DNA from: Cycas panzhihuaensis
Taxonomy: Eukaryota > Plantae > Cycadophyta
Length of the DNA: 64,000 nucleotides
Direction: 5' to 3'
Assembly (NCBI GenBank): GCA_023213395.1
Contig: CM041465.1
Location: forward strand, 192,083,741 to 192,147,740
Shown in pieces: positions 13,601-29,400 of the stretch. How positions within the stretch are numbered: position 1 is the stretch's first letter; each line of letters opens with the position of its first letter. A program made the position numbers and the translations under genes. Under the pieces are notes generated by a model, which did not search any database, had not been told where the DNA came from, and saw only the letters and a list, made by a program, of their open reading frames with translations.

Positions 13601-14618
13601 TATAAACCAACATTAAACATTATGTTTTAACACTTCTTCTATATTTTTGCATCATCATCCTTCTCGAGAAAACTTTTGGGTGAGATAATGAAAGTTAAAG
13701 CATTAAACAAAGGTGACAAGAAGCCAAAGAACAACTAAAGACCTTTGGGGCTAAGATTAGTTCTCCAAGACTAGTTCTTTTAGAGATGATATAGGGGAGA
13801 TACTTGAATCTCTCAATGGTGATTTTATAAACCTTCTATGGTTGAATTTCATAAAAGTTGGTTTAGGTGAGTGTTGTATAATCATACCCTGGGGTAGTAT
13901 TCTAGAACAAACAATTGAACTCACATTAGAGTCTCTTAAAGTTTATCTCCACCCCATGTAATGAATAAGTTTGGTAAGTGGCATGAATATGTGTGTCCAT
14001 TATTATGTCAAACTCATTGGATTGTTTTGATGGTGCTCAATTTTAATTGACATATGAGGTTTGTATTGAGAAAGTCCCCTCTATGTTATGAAATGAATTT
14101 GGGTTAAGTGAGTCCCATTTCCTTTGAAATTATGGCAAGAATTTAGGTTGAGTAAGTCCCCTCCTTATTCTTGTTCTTCTTCTTATATGCATGAGTAATG
14201 GCTATAGGGTATGGATTTACAACCTTATCATGGATGAGTGGTAGTTTAGTATGAAACCCACAACCTTATTATGGTGAGATCTAGTGATGATACATGTAGG
14301 GTTATCATTTATACAATGCATGGTGTGGGATACATGGGTCACACAGAGAGATATCTAATGAGATTAATTCTACTGGAATTTCTAGATTTGGTTGTATAAA
14401 TTAAGTGCAGTTAGAAAGCTCATATATTTTAGCATTATCTATTTATAAATTTATGAGCAAAGAATTCATTTAGGATGAGATATAGGTTTGTGAGCTTAGT
14501 AACATACTATCACTCTAGTATTTATATTATGTGCTCTCACTCAGGGGTGATTTCTTCCTAGGAATTCAATTAGTTCGGTAGTGAATATATTTGAATAAAC
14601 TAGTTGGTCCTTTTTACA
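10643..14618 (+). repeat. Probable 3' LTR of the chromovirus, interrupted by the element at 11123-13632
   Basis: Starts TGTAAGG directly after the PPT. The end at GGTCCTTTTTACA (14618) is inferred from its inverted-repeat match to TGTAAGGACC; no partner LTR is available to confirm it. Confidence 0.6.
11123..13632 (-). mobile_element. Non-autonomous LTR element with non-coding interior; 5' LTR 13250-13632, 3' LTR reduced to a ~40 bp stub
   Basis: AACAAAATA.ATAAACCAACATTAAACATTAT.TTTTAACA at 11123-11163 and 13592-13632; PPT complement CCTTCCCCCCATAAT at 11164; PBS complement GCTCCGATGCCA at 13238-13249. Confidence 0.75.
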
Positions 14619-14659
14619 ATCAAGTTATATGAATGATGATCAAATGATGAATTATATTA

Positions 14660-17600
14660 CTTTAACACTTATCCTCTTTTTTGAAATACTACTATTAGGA
14701 ATGTATTTTACATTCCATTATACACACATGTAAAACTCTAATTTAAGCTTCCATAGTTCAAGTAGTGCAACTAGTGTTGGCTTTGTTAGTAAACTCAAGT
14801 GAGTCACAACTAAGTGGGGTCATAACTAACCCTTGGTTAAAGTGGGAGAGGAGGGTATGATAATAAAGACTTTGGGATTTGAGTTCAATAAAACCCAATA
14901 ACATATCCAAGGATTAGATTTTAAAGTAGTCCCCACTATAAGAAAAATTAAGCACTTAGTTATTAACATGGCTACCTATCCCAAAGTTCCTATAACAATT
15001 TTGGTTATGGTGGTGGATATTTTCCCATTTATGGGTTACTTATAGGTCAAGAATAAGTCCATGAAATAGGTTCCATACCGAATATCATAGTGGAAAACAT
15101 CACTTTTCTAGTTGGAAGGGACTCAATTTCCATTCTGAAGGAAGAAAGGCATGCACATGGGCAAACTAAGAAGGAAATTATGTAAGTGTATAATATGACC
15201 CAAGTTAAACAAAGACATCTACAGTCTTGGTTGAGACTAACGAGGGACTTTATACCTCTAAAAAAGATTGGTTCTATGTTGATCTTAGGAGGAAGGTTTT
15301 GGTTTAGATCCTTCACTTTGATGGAGCAAAATCTAGAGTTGGAGGAGGAGCCGATTGCCATTCAAATCTCTAATTAGTAGAGTTTTTCCTTTTCTTATAA
15401 ATTGGCATCTAATTGTACTAATAATGATGCTCAGTATGAAGCTTAAATTTTACACCTTCACAAATCCCTCAATATAAAGTTTAAACTTTTACAACCTTAA
15501 GGTGACTTTAAGCTAATTATGGACTAAAAGGTTGAAGAACTATAAACAATGTGTTTGGTAATTACTCAAAGAATTTGAGACATTCTTAATTTAACACATC
15601 CCAATCATGGAGAATCAATTAACTAATCCACTAGCTATGATAGCCTCAATGCTCAATGTCAATCCAAATTCAATTCATAGTTAACATTTGATTGAAATAA
15701 CAACTAAAGCATTCATTCCTAATAATATAGAGCACTAGCATATCTTGGAAAATGGTAGCTAAATTCTCTTATTTATCAAAGAAGAAAATGAATTCATTGA
15801 CCTACCAAAACAAGACTAACTATAGATGGAAAAGAAGTTAAATTAACATAAAATAAAGTTCCTAAAGGATTGATTTCCTTTGAACCTTTATTTAATATTA
15901 ATGAGTCACCTAAGTTTAAAATATATAAGGAGAAATATTTTGAAAGAATAGTACAAGATGGAATTAGGACAAATATTAGCACTCAAGAAAATCTAAAGAT
16001 AATTTCCATTGGCAAGGAATATATATAAGTAGAGAAAAATGTAATAGTATCTCTTTATTGTAAATTTAAAGGCATATTTACTTAGACATATTGAGACTTA
16101 AGACTTTTCAATCACAAGGTCATTTAGTATAACATACCATTAAAAGTTTGGACCAAACCTTTTAGGTAGAAGCCTAGAGAGTTATAAGTCCCAAGCTAAG
16201 GGATTTAATTTGGAAGGAGATTCACAAGCTTTGGTAGTCAAATATCATTTTCTAATAAGATACTCCACCTGGGTGGCTAATTTAGTTCCATTAAAAAAAA
16301 GAAGAGTGACATAAGGTTGTTTGTTGCTTTTTAAAATCTAAAGAAGAAATCACTTAAACAAAATTATCCTCTCCCTAATATGGAGAAGATTTTATAAACA
16401 ATTGCAAGGTCAAAGATAATATTTTTGTTGGATAGATTTTTGGGATATAATTAGATCTTGATATCTGAAAAGGACCACTTAAAGATAACATTTACAACCA
16501 TTTGGGGAAATTTTGTATATAAGAAGATGACTTTTGGCCTAATCAATGTAGGGTGTAACTTTTTAAAGGGCCATGAGCCATAATTTTAAAGACCTAATAG
16601 TAGTCATCATTATGATATACCTTGATAACATGATAATGTTTTCAAAGGATCCAGTTGATCATATAAAGCATCTAAGGAAGGTTTTCCAAAGAAGATGGTG
16701 TCTAAAGTAAATGTGGGAAATTTTCTTAGTTATAGTATATTAAAAGAAGAAACTCTAATTTATCCTGAGCATATCATCACCATAAAGGAGGTAACACTCT
16801 CTACAAATAAGAAGGCAGTACAAGATTTCTTTAGAATGATTAAATTCTATAAACATTCATCCCTGACTATATAAGGATCGCTCTTCTTATTAATATGCTT
16901 CTAAAGGAGGTTGATTTCAATTGGACTAAAGAAGCAAAATAGATCTTCCATCAAGTTAAGGACTATATTTCAAAAGCTTATATTTTAGTAAATCCTAATT
17001 TTGGAAAAGATTTCATCTTATATTTATATTATTCAAATGGAGTACATACAATAATGTTGATATAGAAGGATGACAAAGATAAAGAGAAACTAATAACATT
17101 TCTAAGTAAGGCACTAAAATTATTAGTTAAGATACTCGTAGATAGAAAAATAAGCTTATACCTTAGTTAAGAATATAGAGGATTTCAAGCCCTACATCAT
17201 TCATAATGATACCATAACACATATTCTATATCTCTTGTAAAGGCTATTATAATTAAGTAAAACCCATTAAGAGATGGGTTAAATGGTTTGCTAAAATTTA
17301 GGAATTTGATGTTGATATCAAACCTATTTGACTAGTAATGGATCAAGGTCTATGTAAACTTTTAACAGAAGATGAAGCCATATATTTGATAGTGCAAGAA
17401 AATGAACATGAAAAATATGATGAAGAGATAATTGATGTTGAATTGCAAGATCAAAGTAATCTTGACCCTTTCTTTAAAAAATGTTGTTTTCTATCTTAAA
17501 ATTAATTTGTATCCCACTTCCTTAGATGAAAGGGAAAGGAGATCTTTAAAATTGAGGGTTGTTCCATATGTCCTCTTACAAGGATAATTATATATAAAGA

Positions 17601-18560
17601 GTTATGATGGAACCTTACTAAAGTGCTTGGTAATGAAAGAAGCATATGAAATGTTGGATGAATTCTATGTAGGACTTCATAGAGGATATTATTCAATTGA
17701 AACCACTACCCATAAGATTCTTAGGGTGGGCTACTTTTGGCTAATTATTTTCAAAGGCTCATTATAGGAGATAAGGAACTATAAGCTTATCAAAGATTTA
17801 TAGGGAAAAAAATAATTAGCAATAATATTATTACAACCTATTTTTGCTAACTAGCCATTTGAAAAATGGGGCTTAGATTTCATAGCCTAATTAATCCAAC
17901 TTCTAGTAAAGAATAAGCCTTTATTCTTACATCAACTAATTACTTCATTAGATAGTTTAAGGTTATAGTAACTAAAAACACTACCTTTATTATGGTAATT
18001 CAATTTTGTAATTAGGAAATTATGCCTAGGTTTAATGTTTTAGCTTATCTAGTTTTAAATAATTGCCTTACCTTTACATTAGCAAAAATTCCCAAGTTTT
18101 ATCAAAGACATGATATTCAAATTACCTTCTCTTCGAATTACTACCCTTAGGGGGATGGACTAGCAAAGTCTACTAATAAGAATCTAGTGTGAATCTTAAG
18201 AAGACTATTAAGGTAAATCAAAGCAATTAACATTTGAAATTATAACAAGCCTTATGGGCTTAGGGAATTACCAGCAAAGAGGCCATTGGTTTCTCTCCTT
18301 ATCCACTAGTGTATGGAATGGAAGTAGTGTTGCCTATATAATTAGCTTTAATGGATCTTTAGTTAGTCAATCTCAATGAGGAGGAACTTTCTCTTATCAA
18401 CAAAACACTTCAAGATTTATTATCATTGAGCAAAAAAAGAAGAAGCAAGCATGATACTCTAGTGAGATCAATAATAAGTAAGGTAATATTTTACTAGAAT
18501 AACCAATATCAAGAAGAAATTTTAGCCAAGAAACATGGTTCTAATTTGAGACAAATCTTG
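14660..18560 (+). pseudogene. Highly decayed Tat-like Ty3/Gypsy pol with order PR - extra RNase H - RT - RNase H - INT
   Basis: ILHFDGAKSRVGGGA...NCTNNDAQYEA...GDFKLI (15305-15520); RT YSTWVANLVP (16261), LDRFLGYN (~16427), YLDN (~16618); integrase PFEKWGLDFI (~17855), YYP*GDGLAKSTNK (~18138). Confidence 0.85.
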
Positions 18561-18954
18561 ACAAAAGTGAGTTGAGATCATAGTATCAACTTTTAGGTAA
18601 CATGTCAAGTTCACCACTAGATGTTTGATCTCTCCAATAATGGATATAATTTTAAAATCTAGAGCTCTTACTAGTTGCCCTAGTTTAGTACATGTTAGCT
18701 CTAAGACATTCATAACCATAATAACATCATATCATGTGCTACTCCTATATCCACAATGTAGTTATATAGAATAAATTCATCATGAATATTTGAAAAGATA
18801 TAATAGATAATTTTAAGACTTGATCAAGAACTACTTCTTCAATAACTTCATCTTCATTCATTGTATATATGTGAGAATTGCATACACAAAGCTTTCCCCG
18901 ATACCCTATAAATTCTTTCTAAATCTTTACATCATTTACATAAGACACACATCA

Positions 18955-19358
18955 TGTAATCAATATAACAAGAACATAGATGATATAGGTTTAATATAGG
19001 AAACCCTTTTAGGAAAAACACCCACATACAAATGTTTGATGATCAATTAGAAATGCCAACCATTATATTATAGATTATTAGGTGAGTGAAACCCAGATGA
19101 TTGAATATAGTTCATCACAATTCAATAACCCTACAATAGATCCCTTTTTATATGATCTAAAGGGTATGTCCAAAAGAAAGTTGGGATTCTTCATCATTTC
19201 AGTGACTCTTCATATCTCAATTCTTCATGTCCCTTTGAATCTTGATATTTGTGCCATTTCATATTTCTATTCTTCTCTAGACCACATGAAGCATTAACTT
19301 CCACTAGGTGTTAATATTTGTTTGTGCTTGTTAATATCCCCCTTAATACAAATGTGGA
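18955..19358 (-). repeat. Probable Copia-type LTR plus PPT remnant
   Basis: TTAATA|TCCCCCTTAATACAAATGTGG at 19331-19358 resembles the Copia PPT/LTR junction at 26785-26812. The left boundary is uncertain. Confidence 0.45.
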
Positions 19359-19450
19359 ATTTAGGACTAAACATATAGTTATATATCAATATTATATCAT
19401 AGTCTAATAACCTTTAAGATGAGGGAGAGTTGACCTTGCAGATTCATCCA

Positions 19451-19762
19451 TGTTGGATTAAGAAGCAGAGCAAGCTAAATACAATGTCACGTAGCCATTC
19501 TAGAAAGTAAAATATTTCTGTAGAACTTTTAGTAGTGTTAAAAAATACGAGGGAGGTACTCCCCTTCAATTTATAGTTTTGGGGAGGTGGTGGACTGCCT
19601 CAACCTGACATTAGTCCAAGTAATAAATAAATAAATAAAATGGTGCAATATACTTACCTTATTCGACTGCAGAGGCTGCATGGCAGCACTTGGTGGCTCA
19701 AGATGCCTTTTGGGGGCCTGATGACAACTATACACATCTCAATAATGGGCATTATCCCAACA
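19451..19762 (-). repeat. 3' LTR of the second Copia (312 bp)
   Basis: TGTTGG...CCAACA terminal inverted repeat adjacent to the PPT; TATAAAT box on the minus strand at ~19569-19575. Confidence 0.85.
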
Positions 19763-22553
19763 TTCTCCCCCATAATGTCCATTGTGTAGAACTCCAAGTT
19801 TATCTTTGAATTTATGAAATTTGATCTTTCCTAATGGTTTTATGAATATATATATTGTTTGGTCTTCAATGTTGTAATATGCTAATTCAATCTTGCCTAC
19901 TTGAACTAATTCTCAAATGAGGTGATACTAAGTTTCGACGCGGCTTAGCTCTACCATGAAAGACTAGATTCCATGTCATCTAAATGGTGCTTTGATTATT
20001 ATACCAAATTTTAGTTGATCCTTTTTATTCCATCTAAAAGTGTCAGGAGTCATTGTAGCTATACGCTTTATATGCGCTAGAAACTATTGCTTTATATTCC
20101 ACTTCTATTGTAGATAGGGAAACAATATTATATTTCTTGGAACCCTGTGGTATAGTTGCTAAACCCAAACCGAAATGTAAATCAAGTAGATTTCGTCATC
20201 AATGTCACCTACCTAATCTAAATCTATATACCCAATCTAAAATTCATGAAGATTTACAATGCAACCTATATTCTGTTGTGCCTTTAAGTATTGTAAGATT
20301 TTTTTTGTTGCTTACTAATGAGTAGTCTTGGGATCTTGCATAAATCTAGATACTACATCGATCGCATGCATAATATACGCTTGTGTTGAAGTTAAATAAA
20401 TTAGATTGTTAATTAATTATCTAGAGTATGGGAGCCGCAAGTGCAGAATCATCAAGTTTAGATAACTTGATCTCAACTTTAGCTAGAGTTGTTAGACACT
20501 TTTAATCATTCATCTTAAACTTTTGAAGTAAGTCCAAGGTGTACTTTCTTTAAGAAATAAAGATGTCATTTTCATTTTGCCATACTTCTAAACCTACGAA
20601 GTAATACATTAAACCCAAATCTGTCATCTAAAACTCCTTACACATATCTTCCTTAAATTTTTTCAAAAGATGAGATTCATTTCTAGTGTAGATAAGATCA
20701 TCTACATAACATCCCATTATTAGAATGGAGTCTCCTTTAATCTTGATATACAAGTTTAGATCTGATTGAGATATTTTGAATCCTTGATTTCTAAAATATT
20801 TGTCAATTCAAGAATACCATGCCCTGGGAGCTTACTTTAATCCATAGAGTGCCTTGTTAAGCTTATACACTTTGTCTTCTTCCTCCCTAACATCAAAACC
20901 TTGGGGTTGAGATATATAGATATCTTCTTCAATGTACCCATTAAGAAATGTGCTTTTAACGTCTATTTGGTAAACACCCCATCCCATTTATGTAGCCAAA
21001 TTCATTATCATACGAATAATTTCCATATATGCAACAGGGATAAATGTTTCACTATAATCGATGCCTTCTCTTTGGGCATAACCTTTTACTACCAATCTAG
21101 CTTTATGTTTGTCAATTGATCCATCAAATCAGAATTTGATTTTGTAAACCCACTTGGTACAAATAGCCTTTTTGTTGAGAGGAAGGGCAACCAATTCCTA
21201 AGTATCATTTTTTTACTATGGAGTTATATTCTTCCTCCATTTCTTTTCTCTAAGTATCATGTATATCTGCCTCATCAAAAGTATGAGGCTCGTGTGTCTC
21301 CATAACTTAACTCATAAGAATAAAATTCACCCAATATGAATGAGTAGATCTTAGATTATAGTCATTGTCCAAGATGTTATCCATAGCATGGTTCCTTTGA
21401 ACCCATTTAGGTAACCCTTTGTGGTGAAGGTTAAAAAGAGGTTTCTTCACTTGATACATTAATGGTTTATCTCGAGTCCTACCTCAGTAGCATATATTTG
21501 AACCTAATAATGGAATCAAGATTTATTATGATACCATTTCCTTTATTTTGATCATAATTAATATGATAGTAATCATCTTCTTGAATTTAATATCTCTACT
21601 CACCATAAATTTTGATATTTGGGATCATAGACCTTATAAGATTTAAAGGCATCATTGTATCCAATGAATATATATTTGGTACTATGATCATCTAACTTAG
21701 ACCTTTTTTATTTAGGAATATGAGCACAAGCTAAACATCCAAAAACTCTTAGATGGTAGATACTAGGTTTGTATATAGTCTAAGGTTCTTTAAGAGTCAT
21801 CCACCTAAGTGCTTTGGTGGTATACCTATTGAGTAAATAGATAGTTATATGAACTACTTGAGCCCAAAATTCATGTCTTAATCTTTTGTCCTTTAACATA
21901 CACCTAGCTATTTTGACTATAGTGTAATTATTTCTTTTAACTACACCATTTTGCTAGGGGGTGTAGGGATTTGTAAGTTGTCTCCTTGTTCCATGGTGTG
22001 CACAATAGGCTTTGAACTCCTTTGAGATGAACTCTCCCCTATTATCTAATCTTAGGGAGAGGATTTTGTATCCACTTTATCTTTCCATATAGGTTTTGAA
22101 GTGTTGTAATACATCTGACTTGAACTCTAGAAAATAAACCCAAGTTTTTCTTATAAAATCATCAATGAATGTGATGAAATATCTGGCTCCTACCAATGAG
22201 GAAACATCCATGGGGCCACAAATACTAGTGTAAGCTATTTGGAGAGGTCTTTTTTCTCCATAATTGTTATCTAGAAAACTTTCTCTATGTTGTTTTCTAA
22301 GGAGGCACCTTTTACAAATAATTTTATCCACTTCAATGTGTGGTAACCCATCAACCATATCCATCTTCTTCATTAGTGCCAAACTACTATAATTTAAGTG
22401 AGTAAATATCTTGTGCCATATGTGACCGCCAGCTTGATTGTTATTCTCAAAGCATAAGTATTCAAGGAGTAAGGACTAGCTTGAAAAGTCATCCTTAGTT
22501 ATTTTCCCTTAGCAACTACCGCCTTATTCTTCCTTTTATCTTTAATGGTGAAT
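19451..22553 (-). mobile_element. Second Ty1/Copia element (INT-RT-RNase H-PPT-3' LTR), truncated by the gap
   Basis: ORF 22077-22382 ICGPM...ARYFITFIDDFIRKTWVYFL; RT remnants 20500-21250; RNase H ending ...DKLGVLHNGHYGGE; PPT complement TTCTCCCCCATAAT at 19763. Confidence 0.92.
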
Positions 22554-23053
22554 NNNNNNNNNNNNNNNNNNNNNNNNNNNNNNNNNNNNNNNNNNNNNNN
22601 NNNNNNNNNNNNNNNNNNNNNNNNNNNNNNNNNNNNNNNNNNNNNNNNNNNNNNNNNNNNNNNNNNNNNNNNNNNNNNNNNNNNNNNNNNNNNNNNNNNN
22701 NNNNNNNNNNNNNNNNNNNNNNNNNNNNNNNNNNNNNNNNNNNNNNNNNNNNNNNNNNNNNNNNNNNNNNNNNNNNNNNNNNNNNNNNNNNNNNNNNNNN
22801 NNNNNNNNNNNNNNNNNNNNNNNNNNNNNNNNNNNNNNNNNNNNNNNNNNNNNNNNNNNNNNNNNNNNNNNNNNNNNNNNNNNNNNNNNNNNNNNNNNNN
22901 NNNNNNNNNNNNNNNNNNNNNNNNNNNNNNNNNNNNNNNNNNNNNNNNNNNNNNNNNNNNNNNNNNNNNNNNNNNNNNNNNNNNNNNNNNNNNNNNNNNN
23001 NNNNNNNNNNNNNNNNNNNNNNNNNNNNNNNNNNNNNNNNNNNNNNNNNNNNN
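22554..23053. other. Assembly gap, 500 N
   Basis: Run of N; the round length suggests a scaffolder spacer. Confidence 0.99.
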
Positions 23054-25430
<2,377 letters not shown>

Positions 25431-25581
25431 AAGTTCTAGTTTTGATAAAGGTACTATGAGAACTAGATCAATGATAAGTAACAAATTCAATAGTTGAAAC
25501 CTTTCTTCACACAAATCTATCTATATGAATTTGGTACCCTTCTAAAAGAAGCGATTAGTCCTGCAATTCTAGAAAAGTTTT

Positions 25582-26490
25582 TGTTACCCTTTGAAAGTAT
25601 AACAATTAAAAAAAAATTGGCTTACGCTAATTAGAAAGGCCTTAGGTTAGGTTGTATAGGGTTATTCTCACCATACAACCAAATATTGTCATGAAGCCTC
25701 AATATAAGGGAGAAATAATTCACAGGAGGATCTTGATAAGGCTCACTTAGATAAGAAGGACAAGATAATGGGAGGCCTGAATAGTTCAAAGAATATTTCT
25801 CCATAGCATACTTTCCTATAAGGGAGCACCATAAGTACGAGAGACCAAATAAATGAGCTATCCTAAGTTCCCACAATCTTAGTTCTAGGGATAACTCATT
25901 TTATATTTGAAGTGTCTTTTTATTGATTTATAGAAAGACCAAATGGAAGGGATAAGATGGTGGGCTCCACTTTTCTTATTAACTTGCATCCTTACTATTT
26001 TTTCTACAAAATTGCTAAAGGAAGAAGTTGACTTAGTGGATAATGATCACATAAGAGGTCATCATACGAGAAATGATCCTGCAGAAGAAAGGTTTGCAAA
26101 GTTATATTCTTACTAATTTTGTTCCTATGACTTTAAGAGCCACATTGTATACCTTTTATGCTTCAAGATAATTTTCAAGAGAAAGTTGGAAAGCGAAAAG
26201 TGGGAAGACTAAAATGAGATTATGGGCCACACTTTATAACTTTTAAGTAATTCATGGGAAAATGATCCATAGGAATAAATATCTAGTGATAAGCTTGTAA
26301 AATATTCTCTTAAAAAATCACTCAAATTCAAACATACATTTCAAAAAATGATCATCACATAGAAAGTCACCTTGTGGGAAGAATCAATGTAGGAAAAAGA
26401 AATGAAAAATATAATAAAGCATTTCCATGAGCAACTTCCCATGGAAGGAGGCCTTTTCATTAGGCTTGATTGCTAAAGTGGGAATCAAAA
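25582..26490 (+). repeat. First part of an ancient LTR, split by the Copia insertion
   Basis: TGTTACCC start aligns with TGTTAACCC at 60975 and stays collinear to ~61890. Confidence 0.8.
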
Positions 26491-29400
26491 TGTTAGAAAT
26501 CATAGACAAATAGATCATTTATGTACATAACGAGCATGAAATAAACAAGCACATGGTAGAATATACGTGGGAAACCTTACGGTAAAAGCCCACCATAGAA
26601 TATGGATTACATTTATATAGAATAACATAAGGTATAATGGACTTTGGATACCTTTATATAGATCCATAAGTACCTCAAATACTACATTGGTATTGCATCT
26701 GTCAGCTTACAATAATATCATAATATTACATCATAATATTTTACCACATTTACATTAGTTGGGATAAGTGGATATAATGCCACTTTAATATCCCCCCTTA
26801 ATGTAAATGTGGGTCTTAAGCAATATTAGGCTTAGTATGAGTTAATTAAATCAAACTCCTACTAATTACCAATATAAAGTCCCATTTATAGTTGGCTTAT
26901 CCATATCCTTCAGAAGTTTTGTGCCCTTTACACATGGTGTCTTCATTGGTTTGTAGTCTTTCATCCTAAACCTCTCAAGTAGAGATTGAGAATACCTTGA
27001 TTGCAACATCATGATGTGATCATCCATCCGCTTAATCTCAATACCCAAGAAGTAATGAAGATGCCCAAGATCTTTTATATCAAAGTATAGGCCAAATAGG
27101 CCTTTGTAGCTATAATAAATTTATTACAATTACATGTAAGAATAAGATCATCAACATACAAAATAATAAGAACTATAGTAGTTTCACTCTTTGAATATAA
27201 ATACTTGGCTTTAATTTTGTTCTCACAAAACTATATTTCTTCAATCTAGCATTAATCTTATCATATCAAGCATGTGATACTTATTTTAGACCATAGAGAT
27301 TTCTTCAAACGCGATACACAAGATGCTCCTGACCTTCATTCACAGAATTAAGAGGTCAATTTATGTAGATCTCCTCTTTTAAGTCTCCATTAAGGAATGC
27401 TAACTTTACATCCATTTAATGTGACTACCAACCAAATGTACCTAGCCAATCAAGGATCAATCAAATCATAGACATCTTGGAGACTCCTCATAGTCAATTC
27501 CTTCTTTTTGTTTGAAACCATGTGCAACAAGTCTAGCCTTATACTTGTCTACCTCTTCGTTGGAATGATACTTAGTCTTATCAACCTACTTGCAACCAAC
27601 CAGGCTCTTGGAGGGAGGTAAGGAAACTGAATCCTATGTATTATTCTTTATGAGAAAACTATACTCCTCCTCCATTATAGCTCTCCATCATGGGTCTTCT
27701 TTTATTTCTTCATATGAAATGCAATCATTGGAATCCTTGGTATCCACCACCAAAGCTTGACTGGCATGCTAACTCTTAATTCTCTAACCATCTTCTAGAT
27801 CTTCAACAATCACACCAAAGTCCTCAATGGTTCTCTTAGCCCATAATGGAACATAGAGTATTTTCCATACCTCTACTTGTAATAGTTCCTCATCATTACT
27901 CCCACTAGGTCCTACTTCTATTTCAGGCATAATGTTAGGCTTATTAACCTCTACACCTATTGAACCACATATTGGAAAGAAAAGAAGTGGAGGATAGAAC
28001 TTGTCTTCAAATGACCCCTTAGTATGATACATCATTGACTCATAAAACTTCACATCCTGACTAATCAAAAGTTTCTTACCCTATGATTCCCAAAGTCTGT
28101 AAGCCTTACTCTCTTATAAGTACTCTAAAAGAATGTACTTCAAACTCTTATGATCCAACTTCTTTTAATGTATGTCTGGGATGTATGCATATGCAATGCA
28201 CCCAAATACCTTGAAATAGTTAATAAAAGGCTTCTAATCGGTTTAATATTCTTCTAGGAAAATGCCATGAACAACCTTAGTAGGTATCCTATTCAAAATA
28301 TAAATAGTTATTATAATAGATTTTGCCCAAAATATAGGAGGTAGATTCTTACCATACACCATATACCTCACCATCTCCATCATGGTATAATTCTTTCTTT
28401 CTACAACACCATTTTACTATGGGGTATAAGGCTATCAACTCTCATTTAATACCATGATCAAATGAATTGATTAAGCGCATTATTGCCATACTCCTTTCTA
28501 TTATCATACATTAAAATATTTATTTTAGTATCACACTCATTTTAACATTAACTTTCCATTCACAAAATCTATCAAACACTTTAGACTTATTCTTCAAAAA
28601 ATATACCTAGGATTTTACGTTAAAATCATTTATAAACACAAGAATAAATCAAGCAGCAAAAATATAAGGATTGGATAAAGGACCCATGAAGTTAGTATGG
28701 ACAAGTTCCAACTTCTCCTTTGCTCTCCATGCACTATCCCTAACAAATAGATAATGATAGTGCTTTCCATATATGCATCTTTCACAAACACCCTCTAAAT
28801 ATTGGACATATGGCGACCCTACCACTATCTTCAATTTATTCATTAAGTCAATGATTCTATAGTTAAGACGACCTAAATGCTTATGCTATAACTCACTCAT
28901 ATAATCAACATTAGCAATAAAATCATAAGAATTCTATTAGGCTCTAAATTTCTCAAATACCCAAAAGTTATCTTGCACTCTCCTAGTAGCAACAATAGAG
29001 AAGTTCTTCTTAAGATCCTTAACTATGCATTTATTATTATAAAGCTCAATTTTTATACATTGCTTGATTTCCTAGTTAGAAAGAAAATTAAACTTCATCT
29101 TAGGCACATAGTAAACACCATTGAATGTATCTCCTACAAGTAAAATAAAACCAACACCTTTTACAGGCAAAACACGAGCATCCCCAAGAATTATGTTAGT
29201 ATCACTTCTACTTGCATCTATAGCATCAAATTTTTGCTTCTGATAGGTGATGTGTTTTAAGCACCTGAATCTAAGATCCAGTAGTCCTTTTGATTTGACT
29301 CAGATGACAATGTTAAAAACCTAATAAAATGTATAACTACACTCTTCCCATTATCATCTTGGTTAGCTTTGTGTTTATCTTGCTTCTTGAACTAATAATT

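Noticed and set aside
15305-15660. Host or horizontally acquired prokaryotic RNase HI gene
   Set aside because: Collinear with, and as decayed as, the surrounding Gypsy pol; Tat elements are known to carry this domain.
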